Assembly (NCBI GenBank): GCA_964599625.1 | Contig: CAZRGC010000001.1 | Coordinates: 179,388-243,387 of the forward strand | DNA length: 64,000 nt | Direction: 5' to 3' | Origin: an uncultured Gammaproteobacteria bacterium | GTDB lineage: Bacteria; Patescibacteriota; Microgenomatia; UBA8517 | In this document: positions 19,236-28,252 of the stretch, piece by piece | Position numbering within the stretch: position 1 is the stretch's first letter | Layout: every line of letters begins with the position of its first letter | Translations under genes and position numbers: made by a program | The notes under the pieces: generated by a model | Databases searched by the model: none | Told to the model about the DNA's origin: nothing | The model's input: only the letters and a program-made list of their open reading frames with translations

Positions 19236-20601
19236 AAGATCGGCGAAATATATTCTGGCTGCAGTTTTCGTAATAGTTCCACTTTTTCCAAAGTTTCCCT
19301 TGTTTTCTGTAACTGGAACATATGTTTCAGTAAGATTTGAAGATTTGATCTTGTTGTTGCTGTCTTTATTGGTTGCAATTGGTTTTTTAAAGGACTTAAA
19401 AAATAATATTAAATCTAGACTGTACCAAAGTATCGGCATATTTTTTCTTATAGGTGGGTTGTCGCTTTTTTCCGGTGTATTTCTTACTCAAACAGCGCCT
19501 ATAAAAATAGGTTTGCTGCATTTGTTTCGCAGGTTGGAATATTTGGTACCTCTTTTTGCAGTTTTGACGCTTCTGGACCCCAAAAAAGTTAAAGAATATT
19601 TGTCGTTTTACCTAAAAATAATCTTGCTGGTCGTTACTGTTGCCTTCCTTTATGGATTTGGGCAAAGGTATTGGAATTTTCCGATTATTATTACCCAAAA
19701 CGAAGAATATTCAAAAGGTGTGGCACTTTTTTGGACCCCGGGTAGCCATATAAATTCAACCTTCGCAGGGCATTATGATGCCGCGGCGGTTATGGTTTTA
19801 ATGCTCCCAATTTTAATTCCGCTTTTTGTAGCATCAAAAGATAAAATTACCAAACTGCTGTTGGCTCTCACATCGTCGTTTGGTTTGTGGCTTTTAATCA
19901 ATTCGCTTTCACGAATCGCACAGTTATCTTATCTTGTTGCCTTGGGTCTTGCCTTTCTTTTTGCAAAGAGGCTTAAGGCGTTGGTATTTTTCATTTTAGT
20001 TAGTACAATTCTTGTTGGTTCATCATCAGGTTTGGCGGTAAGATTTGGAAGAATATTTGAGGTTTACTACGGGAGAATTGTAAATTCAAAACCAATAACT
20101 TTTGTTCAGAGCAAGTTTGTCGTCTTTGCCGAAGACTCTGTATTGCCCGCTAGAAGAGAATCGCCTGTTGCCACCCCCACACCGATACCCGTATTTGAAG
20201 ACAGGTCCACATCAATCAGATTTAATGTTGAATGGCCCAGAGCAATCCGTGCATTCAACAAGAACATCATTTTTGGTACAGGTTATTCTTCTATAAATCT
20301 GGCCACAGACAATGATTATCTGAGGCTTTTGGGTGAAACCGGTATTTTTGGTTTTATTGCATTCTTTTTTATTTTTTCGGATATTTTTAAAGAGGTAACA
20401 TCTTTTTTCAGAAACTCTGAAAAATATGATTCATTGCAGAAAACATTTATTTATGGTGTTGTTGGAGGAATATGTGGTACTTTTGTGAATGCTTTTTTCT
20501 TGGATATATTTGAGGCGTCAAAGTTTGCTATTATTTTTTGGATGCTTGTCGGTTTAATGCTTTTAGTTATAAGAAGTGAAAATGTTGAAAAGAATAATTA
20601 G
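19210..20601 (+). CDS. O-antigen ligase / Wzy_C-domain polytopic membrane protein (a polymerase, ligase or O-oligosaccharyltransferase candidate).
   Basis: It has more than 10 TM helices and the 'NSLSRIAQLSYLVALGL' segment resembling the Wzy_C SR..L signature, with a periplasmic loop. Start is at ATG 19210, 12 nt inside the TTG-initiated ORF. Confidence 0.5.
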   Translation: MQKRSWLLERSAKYILAAVFVIVPLFPKFPLFSVTGTYVSVRFEDLILLLLSLLVAIGFLKDLKNNIKSRLYQSIGIFFLIGGLSLFSGVFLTQTAPIKIGLLHLFRRLEYLVPLFAVLTLLDPKKVKEYLSFYLKIILLVVTVAFLYGFGQRYWNFPIIITQNEEYSKGVALFWTPGSHINSTFAGHYDAAAVMVLMLPILIPLFVASKDKITKLLLALTSSFGLWLLINSLSRIAQLSYLVALGLAFLFAKRLKALVFFILVSTILVGSSSGLAVRFGRIFEVYYGRIVNSKPITFVQSKFVVFAEDSVLPARRESPVATPTPIPVFEDRSTSIRFNVEWPRAIRAFNKNIIFGTGYSSINLATDNDYLRLLGETGIFGFIAFFFIFSDIFKEVTSFFRNSEKYDSLQKTFIYGVVGGICGTFVNAFFLDIFEASKFAIIFWMLVGLMLLVIRSENVEKNN

Positions 20602-22057
20602 TTTTTGCAATTCAAACTTTTTTTGGCATGCCCTTGTTGTGTTGGTTTTTGTCTTGGGGTTTCTTGTCAGACTTTATAAAGTACAAAACCCAATTGCTGA
20701 CTGGCACTCCTGGCGCCAAGCAGATACAGCCAGTGTGACAAGATTCTTTGTAAAAGATGGAATAGATCTTCTTAAACCGCGATACCACGACATATCCAGT
20801 ATCCAAACAGGGATATTCAATCCCAATGGTTTTAGAATGGTTGAGTTACCGATTTATAACGCCGTACACTCACTGCTTTTTAAAACCTTTGGTCTTTTTA
20901 GTCTCGAAGTTTGGGGAAGACTGACGACTATAGCAATTGCACTTACTACAGCCTTTTTTGTTTTTAGAGTTGGGATGCTTATTTTTGGAAAATGGGGAGC
21001 TTTGATTTCATTGTTTTTTTATCTTTTTATACCTTTTAATATTTATTTTACTAGAGTAATACTGCCCGACCCAATGGGTGTTTTGTTTGCCGTCGTCTCC
21101 TTGTGGGCGTTTTTGATTTACATTGAAAAAATGAATGATGTATATTTCTACATTTCTTCATTGGCGATGGCTTTAACACTTTTGATAAAGCCCTATTTTG
21201 GTTTCTATTTGATCCCGATTCTTTATTTGGCAATTTCCAAGTTTGGATTTAGGAACATTTTGAATGACAAGAATCTCAGGTTAAAACTAATAATTTATTC
21301 AACCATCGCATTTGCTCCTTTTCTTGCGTATAGGTTTTGGGAGTCAAAATTTCCAGAAGGTATTCCTTTTTACAAATGGGCCTTTAATGGGAATGGAATA
21401 AGATTCAAACCATCGTTTTGGTATTGGATATTTGGTCAACGTTTGTCGCACCTTATTTTGGGTGGCTTGGGTGTTGTTCCGTTTGTTTTTGGCCTTCTTG
21501 ATTCAAGATCGAAAAATCGCATAGTTCAGTATTTGTTATTGGGAGCATTGGTTTATGTCACTTTGGTGGCAAACGCAAATGTGATGCATGATTATTACCA
21601 GATCCCTCTTATTCCAATTTTCTCGCTGACTTTGGCAAGTGGAGTTATATATTTATGGAATACCGATATCTTTAGTAGGTTTCTTTCAAGATCGGTGGTT
21701 ATTGTTTCTGTATTGGTAATGCTTGTTACCGGATGGAGTTTGATTAAGGAAAACTACAACATTAACCATCCCGAAATAATTGAAGCAGGTAAGGCCTTGG
21801 ATGCAATCGCAGATAAAAATTCACTTGTTTTGGCGCCATATAACGGTGACACGGCACTTTTGTATCAAACCGGAAGAAGTGGCTGGCCGGCGGTAGACGA
21901 TTCAATTGATAACATAATTTCCAAAGGGGCTGAATATTATTTATCTGTGGATTTGGGGAGTAAAGATACTAAGTTTGTTGAGTCAAAGTTTAAGACTATT
22001 ACAAAAACCGACAAGTATATAATTGTAGACCTCAGGTCGGCAATAAAATCAAAATGA
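20582..22057 (+). CDS. GT-C-fold polytopic membrane glycosyltransferase-like protein.
   Basis: A 490-aa protein with a first-loop 'DWHSWRQADTASVT' segment and about 11 TM helices. It lies between the Wzy_C gene and a GT4 gene. Confidence 0.5.
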   Translation: MLKRIISFCNSNFFWHALVVLVFVLGFLVRLYKVQNPIADWHSWRQADTASVTRFFVKDGIDLLKPRYHDISSIQTGIFNPNGFRMVELPIYNAVHSLLFKTFGLFSLEVWGRLTTIAIALTTAFFVFRVGMLIFGKWGALISLFFYLFIPFNIYFTRVILPDPMGVLFAVVSLWAFLIYIEKMNDVYFYISSLAMALTLLIKPYFGFYLIPILYLAISKFGFRNILNDKNLRLKLIIYSTIAFAPFLAYRFWESKFPEGIPFYKWAFNGNGIRFKPSFWYWIFGQRLSHLILGGLGVVPFVFGLLDSRSKNRIVQYLLLGALVYVTLVANANVMHDYYQIPLIPIFSLTLASGVIYLWNTDIFSRFLSRSVVIVSVLVMLVTGWSLIKENYNINHPEIIEAGKALDAIADKNSLVLAPYNGDTALLYQTGRSGWPAVDDSIDNIISKGAEYYLSVDLGSKDTKFVESKFKTITKTDKYIIVDLRSAIKSK

Positions 22058-23253
22058 AAATCTTGATGCTTACCCCATATCTTCCGTTTCCTGATTCATC
22101 AGGCGGACAAATAAGATCGTACAATTTAATCAAATATTTAAGCAAAAAACATGAAATAACATTATTTTCCTTAATAAAAGATGATTCAGAAAAAAGATTT
22201 GTTTCGGAACTTGAAAAATACTGCAAAAAGGTAAGGGTCTTTAGAAGATCAAAATCTCCATGGACAATGAGGAATATATTACTTACAGGGTTTGGACCCT
22301 ATCCGTTTTTGGTAATTAGGAATTTGTCACCCAGACAAAGGATTGCTGTTGTAGAAGAAATCAAAAAAGAAAAATATGACTTAATCCATGCCGAAACTTT
22401 TTACGTAATGCCCCATATCCCCAAGACCAATATACCGATTCTTTTGGTGGAGCAGACGATTGAATATCTTGTCTATAAACACTATGTAGAAGGGCTTAAA
22501 AATATTTTTTTAAGACTGCTTCTGTCTATTGATGTTGCAAAGCTTAGATTTTGGGAGACAACCTTTTGGAAAAAGGCCGACGGCGTTGTTGCTGTATCTG
22601 AGGCGGACAAAAAAGAAATGATCAAGCTTGCCCCCGACTTGGATGTTGGACTAGTACCCAACGGTGTTAACCTGGATTTTTTCCAGGTCAAAGGTAAATG
22701 GGACGCAAGAAGCCCTAAAATTCTTTTTGTTGCCAATTTCAAATGGCTGCAAAACGTTGAGGCTGCGGAGCTACTGCTTGACCACGTCTTTCCTGTGGTA
22801 AAAAAGAAGAATCCCGGAGTTAAAGTCTGGATCGTTGGCCAATACATACCACAACATATTATGGATAGGAAAAATACTGACATAATTGTTGACAATCTCA
22901 AAGAAGATGACCAGGAGGGCATCCGGAAAGCATACTATGAAGCATCGGTCTTTGTATCCCCGCTTAAAGGTCCTGGTGGAACCCGCCTCAAACACTTTGC
23001 TGCTATGGCGGCAAAGCTTCCTCTGATTACAACATCCGTTGGCGCAGAAGGTTTGGGAGCAACACACTCAGAGAACATTATTGTTCAGGACGATCCGTTG
23101 TCGCTGGCCGACGCCACGCTGGAGATAATCGGCAATCCGAAAAAGGCGAAACAAATAGCGGAAAACGCACGCAAGCTAGTTGAAGAAAAATACAGTTGGT
23201 ATAAAATGAGCGAGTATTTGGATTCGATTTACGAGGAAAGCGCCAAAAAATGA
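22054..23253 (+). CDS. GT4 glycosyltransferase.
   Basis: It has a GT-B fold and the C-terminal 'PLKGPGGTRLKHFAAMAAKLPLITTSVGAEGL'. Confidence 0.8.
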   Translation: MKILMLTPYLPFPDSSGGQIRSYNLIKYLSKKHEITLFSLIKDDSEKRFVSELEKYCKKVRVFRRSKSPWTMRNILLTGFGPYPFLVIRNLSPRQRIAVVEEIKKEKYDLIHAETFYVMPHIPKTNIPILLVEQTIEYLVYKHYVEGLKNIFLRLLLSIDVAKLRFWETTFWKKADGVVAVSEADKKEMIKLAPDLDVGLVPNGVNLDFFQVKGKWDARSPKILFVANFKWLQNVEAAELLLDHVFPVVKKKNPGVKVWIVGQYIPQHIMDRKNTDIIVDNLKEDDQEGIRKAYYEASVFVSPLKGPGGTRLKHFAAMAAKLPLITTSVGAEGLGATHSENIIVQDDPLSLADATLEIIGNPKKAKQIAENARKLVEEKYSWYKMSEYLDSIYEESAKK

Positions 23254-24131
23254 AAAAACCAGAACTGACAGTAATAATACTTAACTACAACACAAAGGAA
23301 CTTTTGGAGGATTGCCTTAACTCAATTAAGAAAAATATTAAAGAAGTGTCCATGGAGGTTATTGTTTCGGACAACAGTTCCACAGACGGAAGCCCCGACA
23401 TGATAAGGAAAAAATTCCCATGGGTAAAACTATTGGAAGGGCCGAACGAAGGATTTTCCCGAGGCAATAATCGGGCTAGGCCGTTTGCAAACGGAAAGAT
23501 GATTCTTTTTCTTAATCCCGACACCGTTGTTCATCCTGGAGTATTTACTAAAAACGTTGAGTATCTCAAAAAACACCCCGAAGTCGGCGCCCTCTCATGC
23601 AAGCTGATACTTCCCGACGGTTCAATGGATAAAGACGTTAGAAGAAGATTTCCGACCCCGAGAGTTTCATTTAATCGTTTAATTCTTGGAAAAACTAGAG
23701 AATATTATTACGAAGACATTCCTGACACCCAAACACACGAAGTAGATGCTATCCAGGGGGCATTTTTTCTTTCTTGGAAAAAGATTTTGGACAAGGTAGG
23801 ATGGTTTGACCCTGAATACTTTTTTGATGGTGAGGATGTTGATCTTTGTTACCAAATTCACAAGTTGGGCTACAAGCTTGTTTACTACCCCGAAACATAC
23901 ATAACACATCTGAAGGGTGTTACAAAAGGAAAGGTAAAAAAGTGGAAGTTCAAAACAACACCTGAACATAGGAAAAAACTTAGACTTGCAGGTGTTGCTT
24001 CCATGGAGAGGTTCTTCAGAAAAAATCTTTGGAACAAATACCCGCTTGTTTTTGATTACTTCGTGATTTTTGGAATAAATGTTTTTAAAGTGATTAGGTA
24101 TGTGAAAGTGGTTCTCCTCTCTTCGTATTAA
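23250..24131 (+). CDS. GT2 glycosyltransferase.
   Basis: It has 'LTVIILNYNTKELLEDCLNSI...EVIVSDNSSTDGS' and an 'NPDT' DxD-like motif. Confidence 0.8.
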   Translation: MKKPELTVIILNYNTKELLEDCLNSIKKNIKEVSMEVIVSDNSSTDGSPDMIRKKFPWVKLLEGPNEGFSRGNNRARPFANGKMILFLNPDTVVHPGVFTKNVEYLKKHPEVGALSCKLILPDGSMDKDVRRRFPTPRVSFNRLILGKTREYYYEDIPDTQTHEVDAIQGAFFLSWKKILDKVGWFDPEYFFDGEDVDLCYQIHKLGYKLVYYPETYITHLKGVTKGKVKKWKFKTTPEHRKKLRLAGVASMERFFRKNLWNKYPLVFDYFVIFGINVFKVIRYVKVVLLSSY

Positions 24132-25297
24132 TGAAAATTTTGATTGACGGAAGACTTTATGGTCTTGAAAATGCCGGCCTCGGAAGATATGTAATCAACT
24201 TGGTTGGTGAGTTGTCAAAAATCGATCAAAAAAATAGCTATGTCCTGCTGCTTCCAAAAAAGCATAGTTTGCGAGTCAAGCTTCCTTCAAACTGGAAAGT
24301 GATACCTGTAGAATTCCGGCATTACGGTTTTTTTGAACAACTTTTGCTTCCCCGAATAATAAAAAAAGAAGGCCCAGATTTGGTGCATTTTCCTCATTTC
24401 AACATTCCGGTGTGGTTTGGCGGCAACTTTGTAGTAACAGTGCATGATATGTTGATGCATAAGCAGGTAGGACGGCAGGCCACAACACTTTCTCCGCCGA
24501 TGTACTATCTTAAAAGGTTGGGTTACAAAACCGTTTTTAATGCTGCCGTCAAAAAAGCTGTGCAGATAATAGCTCCCAGTAGAGCAGTGAAGGAGGAAAT
24601 AATTAAATACTACGGCACCAAGCCGGAAAAGGTTTCGGTGATTTATGAGGGTTTTGAAAACTTGCAGCAACACGCAGTTGGTTTCGACTTTGCCAAAGCA
24701 GGGATAACTAAACCTTATATTGCATATGTAGGAAACGCATACCCCCATAAAAATCTAAAACGCCTTATCGAAGCGACTGTTTCCTTCAACAAATCTCACG
24801 GTTATTACGGAAACAAAAGTTCACAAAAAAAAGTAATGCTAGCAATTGCCAGTTCAAGGAGTGTTTTTACCCAAAGGCTCAAAAAAACAATCGAAGACTT
24901 GGGCGGGCGCGACTATGTAAGAATTGTTGGATTTGTCCCGGATGGAGAAATGTCGAGCTTCCTTTCAAACTCATTGGCACTTTTTACACCCTCGCTGTCT
25001 GAAGGTTTTGGACTTCCGGGCCTTGAAGCTATGAGTACTGGTTGTTTGGTCGCCGCCTCCGATATACCTGTATACAAAGAAGTTTACGAAAAGCATGTGA
25101 TTTATTTTAACCCATTGGACTTTTCTTCCATAGAGAGCTCTATAGAAAAAATCGTAAATATGTCAAAAAGTGAACGTGATTCGGTCGTTTTAGCGGCAAA
25201 GGTATTTGCTAAAAAATATTCATGGTCTAAAATGGCCCGAGAAACTTTACAGATATATGAAAAAACGCGTAGCGATAGTTTACGATCGGGTAAATAA
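24131..25297 (+). CDS. GT4 glycosyltransferase.
   Basis: It has 'SEGFGLPGLEAMSTGCLVAASDIPVYKEV'. Confidence 0.8.
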   Translation: MKILIDGRLYGLENAGLGRYVINLVGELSKIDQKNSYVLLLPKKHSLRVKLPSNWKVIPVEFRHYGFFEQLLLPRIIKKEGPDLVHFPHFNIPVWFGGNFVVTVHDMLMHKQVGRQATTLSPPMYYLKRLGYKTVFNAAVKKAVQIIAPSRAVKEEIIKYYGTKPEKVSVIYEGFENLQQHAVGFDFAKAGITKPYIAYVGNAYPHKNLKRLIEATVSFNKSHGYYGNKSSQKKVMLAIASSRSVFTQRLKKTIEDLGGRDYVRIVGFVPDGEMSSFLSNSLALFTPSLSEGFGLPGLEAMSTGCLVAASDIPVYKEVYEKHVIYFNPLDFSSIESSIEKIVNMSKSERDSVVLAAKVFAKKYSWSKMARETLQIYEKTRSDSLRSGK

Positions 25298-26327
25298 ATG
25301 GGGAGGTGCCGAAAGGGTACTTCTTGCGCTACATGATATTTTTCCTGACGCTCCGCTTTACACCTCGGTTTATGATAAAAAAAACGCTCCTTGGGCCAAA
25401 GTCTTTCCGGAAATAAAAACTTCATTCTTGCAACACATACCTTTGGCAAAAGGTAATCACGAGTTTTTAGCGCCCATTATGGCCTTCGCTTTTGAGTCTT
25501 TTGACTTTTCCGAGTATGACTTGGTGATATCGGTTACCAGTGAATACGCCAAAGCTATTAGAACGGGTCCCAAAACCAGACACATCTGTTACTGTCTCAC
25601 GCCAACTAGATATTTGTGGAGCGGGTACGATGACTATTTTTCATCCAAGTCCGTTCTTAGTTGGTTCGGTAAGTTTTTTGTGAATTATTTAAGGAGGTTA
25701 GACCTTGTTTTTGCGCAAAGGCCAGACAAAATTGTGGCCATTTCCGGTGAAGTCCAAAAAAGAATTGCCAAATATTACAATAGAGAGTCGGAAGTAATTT
25801 ATCCACCTGTTGAATTTCCCAAGTCAAATGAAATAAAAGCAAAAGGTAGGCACTTTTTGGTAGTTAGTAGACTTGTTCCGTACAAACGTATCGACATTGC
25901 TGTGCGTTTGTTTAATAAATTAAGAAAAAAACTTGTAGTTGTGGGTACAGGTCGTGATTTCGGGAAAATTAAATCAATTGCAAATAAAAACATAGACCTA
26001 AAGGGATCTGTTTCGGAACGAGTTCTTACAAAAATCTACCACAATGCGATTGCATTAATCATGCCTCAGGAGGAAGACTTCGGAATAACGGCCATTGAAG
26101 CCGCACTTATGGGTGTACCTGTCATAGCTTACAAAAAGGGTGGAGCCGGCGATACCGTTGTTCATGGAAAAACAGGGGTTCTTTTTGAAAAACAGACTGA
26201 AAGTTCGTTGGAAAAAGCCATAAAAATTTTTGAAAAGTCGAAGTTTAACCGCAGTTATATGTCCAAACATTCTAAAAAGTTTTCCAAAGAAAAATTTGTC
26301 AAAGCTTTCAAAAGGCTTGTTGTTTAG
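25257..26327 (+). CDS. GT4 glycosyltransferase.
   Basis: It has 'QEEDFGITAIEAALMGVPVIAYKKGGAGDTV'. I chose the start at ATG 25257 ('MKKRVAIVYD'); the longer 25206 start is an alternative. Confidence 0.75.
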   Translation: MKKRVAIVYDRVNKWGGAERVLLALHDIFPDAPLYTSVYDKKNAPWAKVFPEIKTSFLQHIPLAKGNHEFLAPIMAFAFESFDFSEYDLVISVTSEYAKAIRTGPKTRHICYCLTPTRYLWSGYDDYFSSKSVLSWFGKFFVNYLRRLDLVFAQRPDKIVAISGEVQKRIAKYYNRESEVIYPPVEFPKSNEIKAKGRHFLVVSRLVPYKRIDIAVRLFNKLRKKLVVVGTGRDFGKIKSIANKNIDLKGSVSERVLTKIYHNAIALIMPQEEDFGITAIEAALMGVPVIAYKKGGAGDTVVHGKTGVLFEKQTESSLEKAIKIFEKSKFNRSYMSKHSKKFSKEKFVKAFKRLVV

Positions 26328-26375
26328 TGCCTCTACCGTGTTGGCCATTTTTAAAACTGGTGGTAAAATAAACCC

Positions 26376-27494
26376 ATGAATGAAGGAGATTTTCAGAAAC
26401 ATATATACGCCTTAGTGCTTGCGGGCGGTGGCGGTACTAGGCTTTGGCCTGTCAGCAGAAACGAAACACCAAAGCAATTTCTTAAATTGTTCAAAGACCA
26501 GACTCTTACGCAGATTACAATTCAACGTTTAAGAAAAATAATCCCATTGGAACGGATTTTTGTCGTCACGGTATCCGATGAATATAAAGAAGAAATAAAA
26601 AAGGAAATTCCGGAACTTGTTGATGAAAATATCATTGTGGAACCTGTCAGAAGGGAAACAGGGCCTGCATATGCATTAGGAGCACTTCACATCTACGAAA
26701 AGGACAACGACGCCGTGATTATAACCGAGGCTGCAGATAGACTAGTAAGACCAATTCCTTTATACCTGGAGACACTTTTAGCTGCTGCAAAGGTTGCATA
26801 TGATAAACGAATAATGGTTGCGATGGGAATAGAGCCCAGATATCCACATCCCGGTTTGGGACATATCAAAAAAGGTGACAAAGCAGAAAGTGTGGACGGT
26901 GTGGAATTTTACAAACTCGCAGATTTTGTCGAGAAACCTCCAATAGAAGTGGCAAAGGAGTACACAGAGTCGGGCCAGTATCTTTGGAATGCTGGTCAAT
27001 ATGTATGGAGGGCTGACACACTTCTTGATTCCTATAAGCAAAACGCTCCGGATATTTATGCAATTCTTGAAGAAATAAGGCCACATGTTTTTCATCAGGA
27101 TGAGCAGGAACTTCTTAAGGCGGAGTATGAAAAAATGCCTTCAATAGCAGTTGACTACGCCATTTCCGAAAAGGACAAAAATTTCATGGTGGCAGCAGCT
27201 GACTTTTACTGGACAGATATTGGTGATTGGAAAGAAGTTTGGGGAAATTTACCCAAGGACTCGGGAGGAAATGTCGTTATTTCTGGTAGCGGCAAAGACA
27301 CCGAGGTTATAAATATTGATTCTACAGACTCATTAATCCACACTGACGGAAGATTGATCGCCATTGTTGATGTAGACAACATAGTTGTAGTGGACACAAA
27401 AGACGCCCTTCTTATAACTACCAAGAGTCGGGCGCAAAGTGTCAAAAAGGTAGTCGAGAGATTAAAAGAAGAAAACAAAGTGGAACTACTTTGA
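26376..27494 (+). CDS. manC: Mannose-1-phosphate guanylyltransferase (GDP-mannose pyrophosphorylase).
   Basis: It has the nucleotidyltransferase motif 'LVLAGGGGTRLWPVSRNETPKQFL' and its length is typical of a GMP domain alone. Confidence 0.8.
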   Translation: MNEGDFQKHIYALVLAGGGGTRLWPVSRNETPKQFLKLFKDQTLTQITIQRLRKIIPLERIFVVTVSDEYKEEIKKEIPELVDENIIVEPVRRETGPAYALGALHIYEKDNDAVIITEAADRLVRPIPLYLETLLAAAKVAYDKRIMVAMGIEPRYPHPGLGHIKKGDKAESVDGVEFYKLADFVEKPPIEVAKEYTESGQYLWNAGQYVWRADTLLDSYKQNAPDIYAILEEIRPHVFHQDEQELLKAEYEKMPSIAVDYAISEKDKNFMVAAADFYWTDIGDWKEVWGNLPKDSGGNVVISGSGKDTEVINIDSTDSLIHTDGRLIAIVDVDNIVVVDTKDALLITTKSRAQSVKKVVERLKEENKVELL

Positions 27495-27561
27495 TTTTTT
27501 TTCACTCAAACCATAAATTTGAGTGGCAAAGATCCCGTCTATCAGGCATGGTGGGAAATTT

Positions 27562-28212
27562 ATGTATTACGAAATTGCCAAAAGAATAATCGACCTTATA
27601 ATGGCTGTAATACTAATTATTTTGTTCGCCCCAATAATGCTCATCACGGCGATAATTATAATGCTGACTTCACCCGGTCCTATATTGGTTGAAAAAAGTA
27701 ACAAGACTGCCCAGAGAGTGGGTAAAGACGGAAAGATTTTTTATCACTATAAATTCAGGTCGATGATCGTCGATGCTTACAGGTTATTGAAAACTGACCC
27801 CAAGTTTAAAAAATTATACAAGGAATACAAAGAATCCAGTTTCAAGCTTCACAAAGACCCCAGAGTTACCAAATTCGGCAGATTTATAAGAAAGTACTCA
27901 ATTGATGAAATGCCGCAACTTTTTAATGTCCTAAAAGGCGAAATGAGTTTGGTAGGGCCCAGGCCATATTTTGTAGACGAGCTCAAAGAGCAACAGGAAA
28001 AATATCCACACACAAAATCACTTGTAAAAGAAACGCTAACCGTCAAACCAGGAATTACGGGTTATTGGCAAGTTTCCGGAAGAAGCGCAGTAAATTTTGA
28101 TAAACGAATAGAGATGGATGCCGGATATGCCAAAAAGAGATCTCTTTTTCTTGATTTTGTAATTATCCTAAAGACTCCGTTTGTAATGGTTAGCGGCAAA
28201 GGCGCTGTGTAA
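27562..28212 (+). CDS. Monotopic polyprenyl-phosphate phosphoglycosyltransferase (bacterial sugar transferase, PglC/WbaP C-terminal-domain type), the initiating enzyme.
   Basis: It has one N-terminal TM and the 'DEMPQLFNVLKGEMSLVGPRP' signature. Start is at ATG 27562, 39 nt inside the GTG-initiated ORF, and is preceded by GGTGG. Confidence 0.8.
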   Translation: MYYEIAKRIIDLIMAVILIILFAPIMLITAIIIMLTSPGPILVEKSNKTAQRVGKDGKIFYHYKFRSMIVDAYRLLKTDPKFKKLYKEYKESSFKLHKDPRVTKFGRFIRKYSIDEMPQLFNVLKGEMSLVGPRPYFVDELKEQQEKYPHTKSLVKETLTVKPGITGYWQVSGRSAVNFDKRIEMDAGYAKKRSLFLDFVIILKTPFVMVSGKGAV

Positions 28213-28252
28213 CTTCATATAATCGGTTTTTTTGTGTATCATTAATCTTGCC

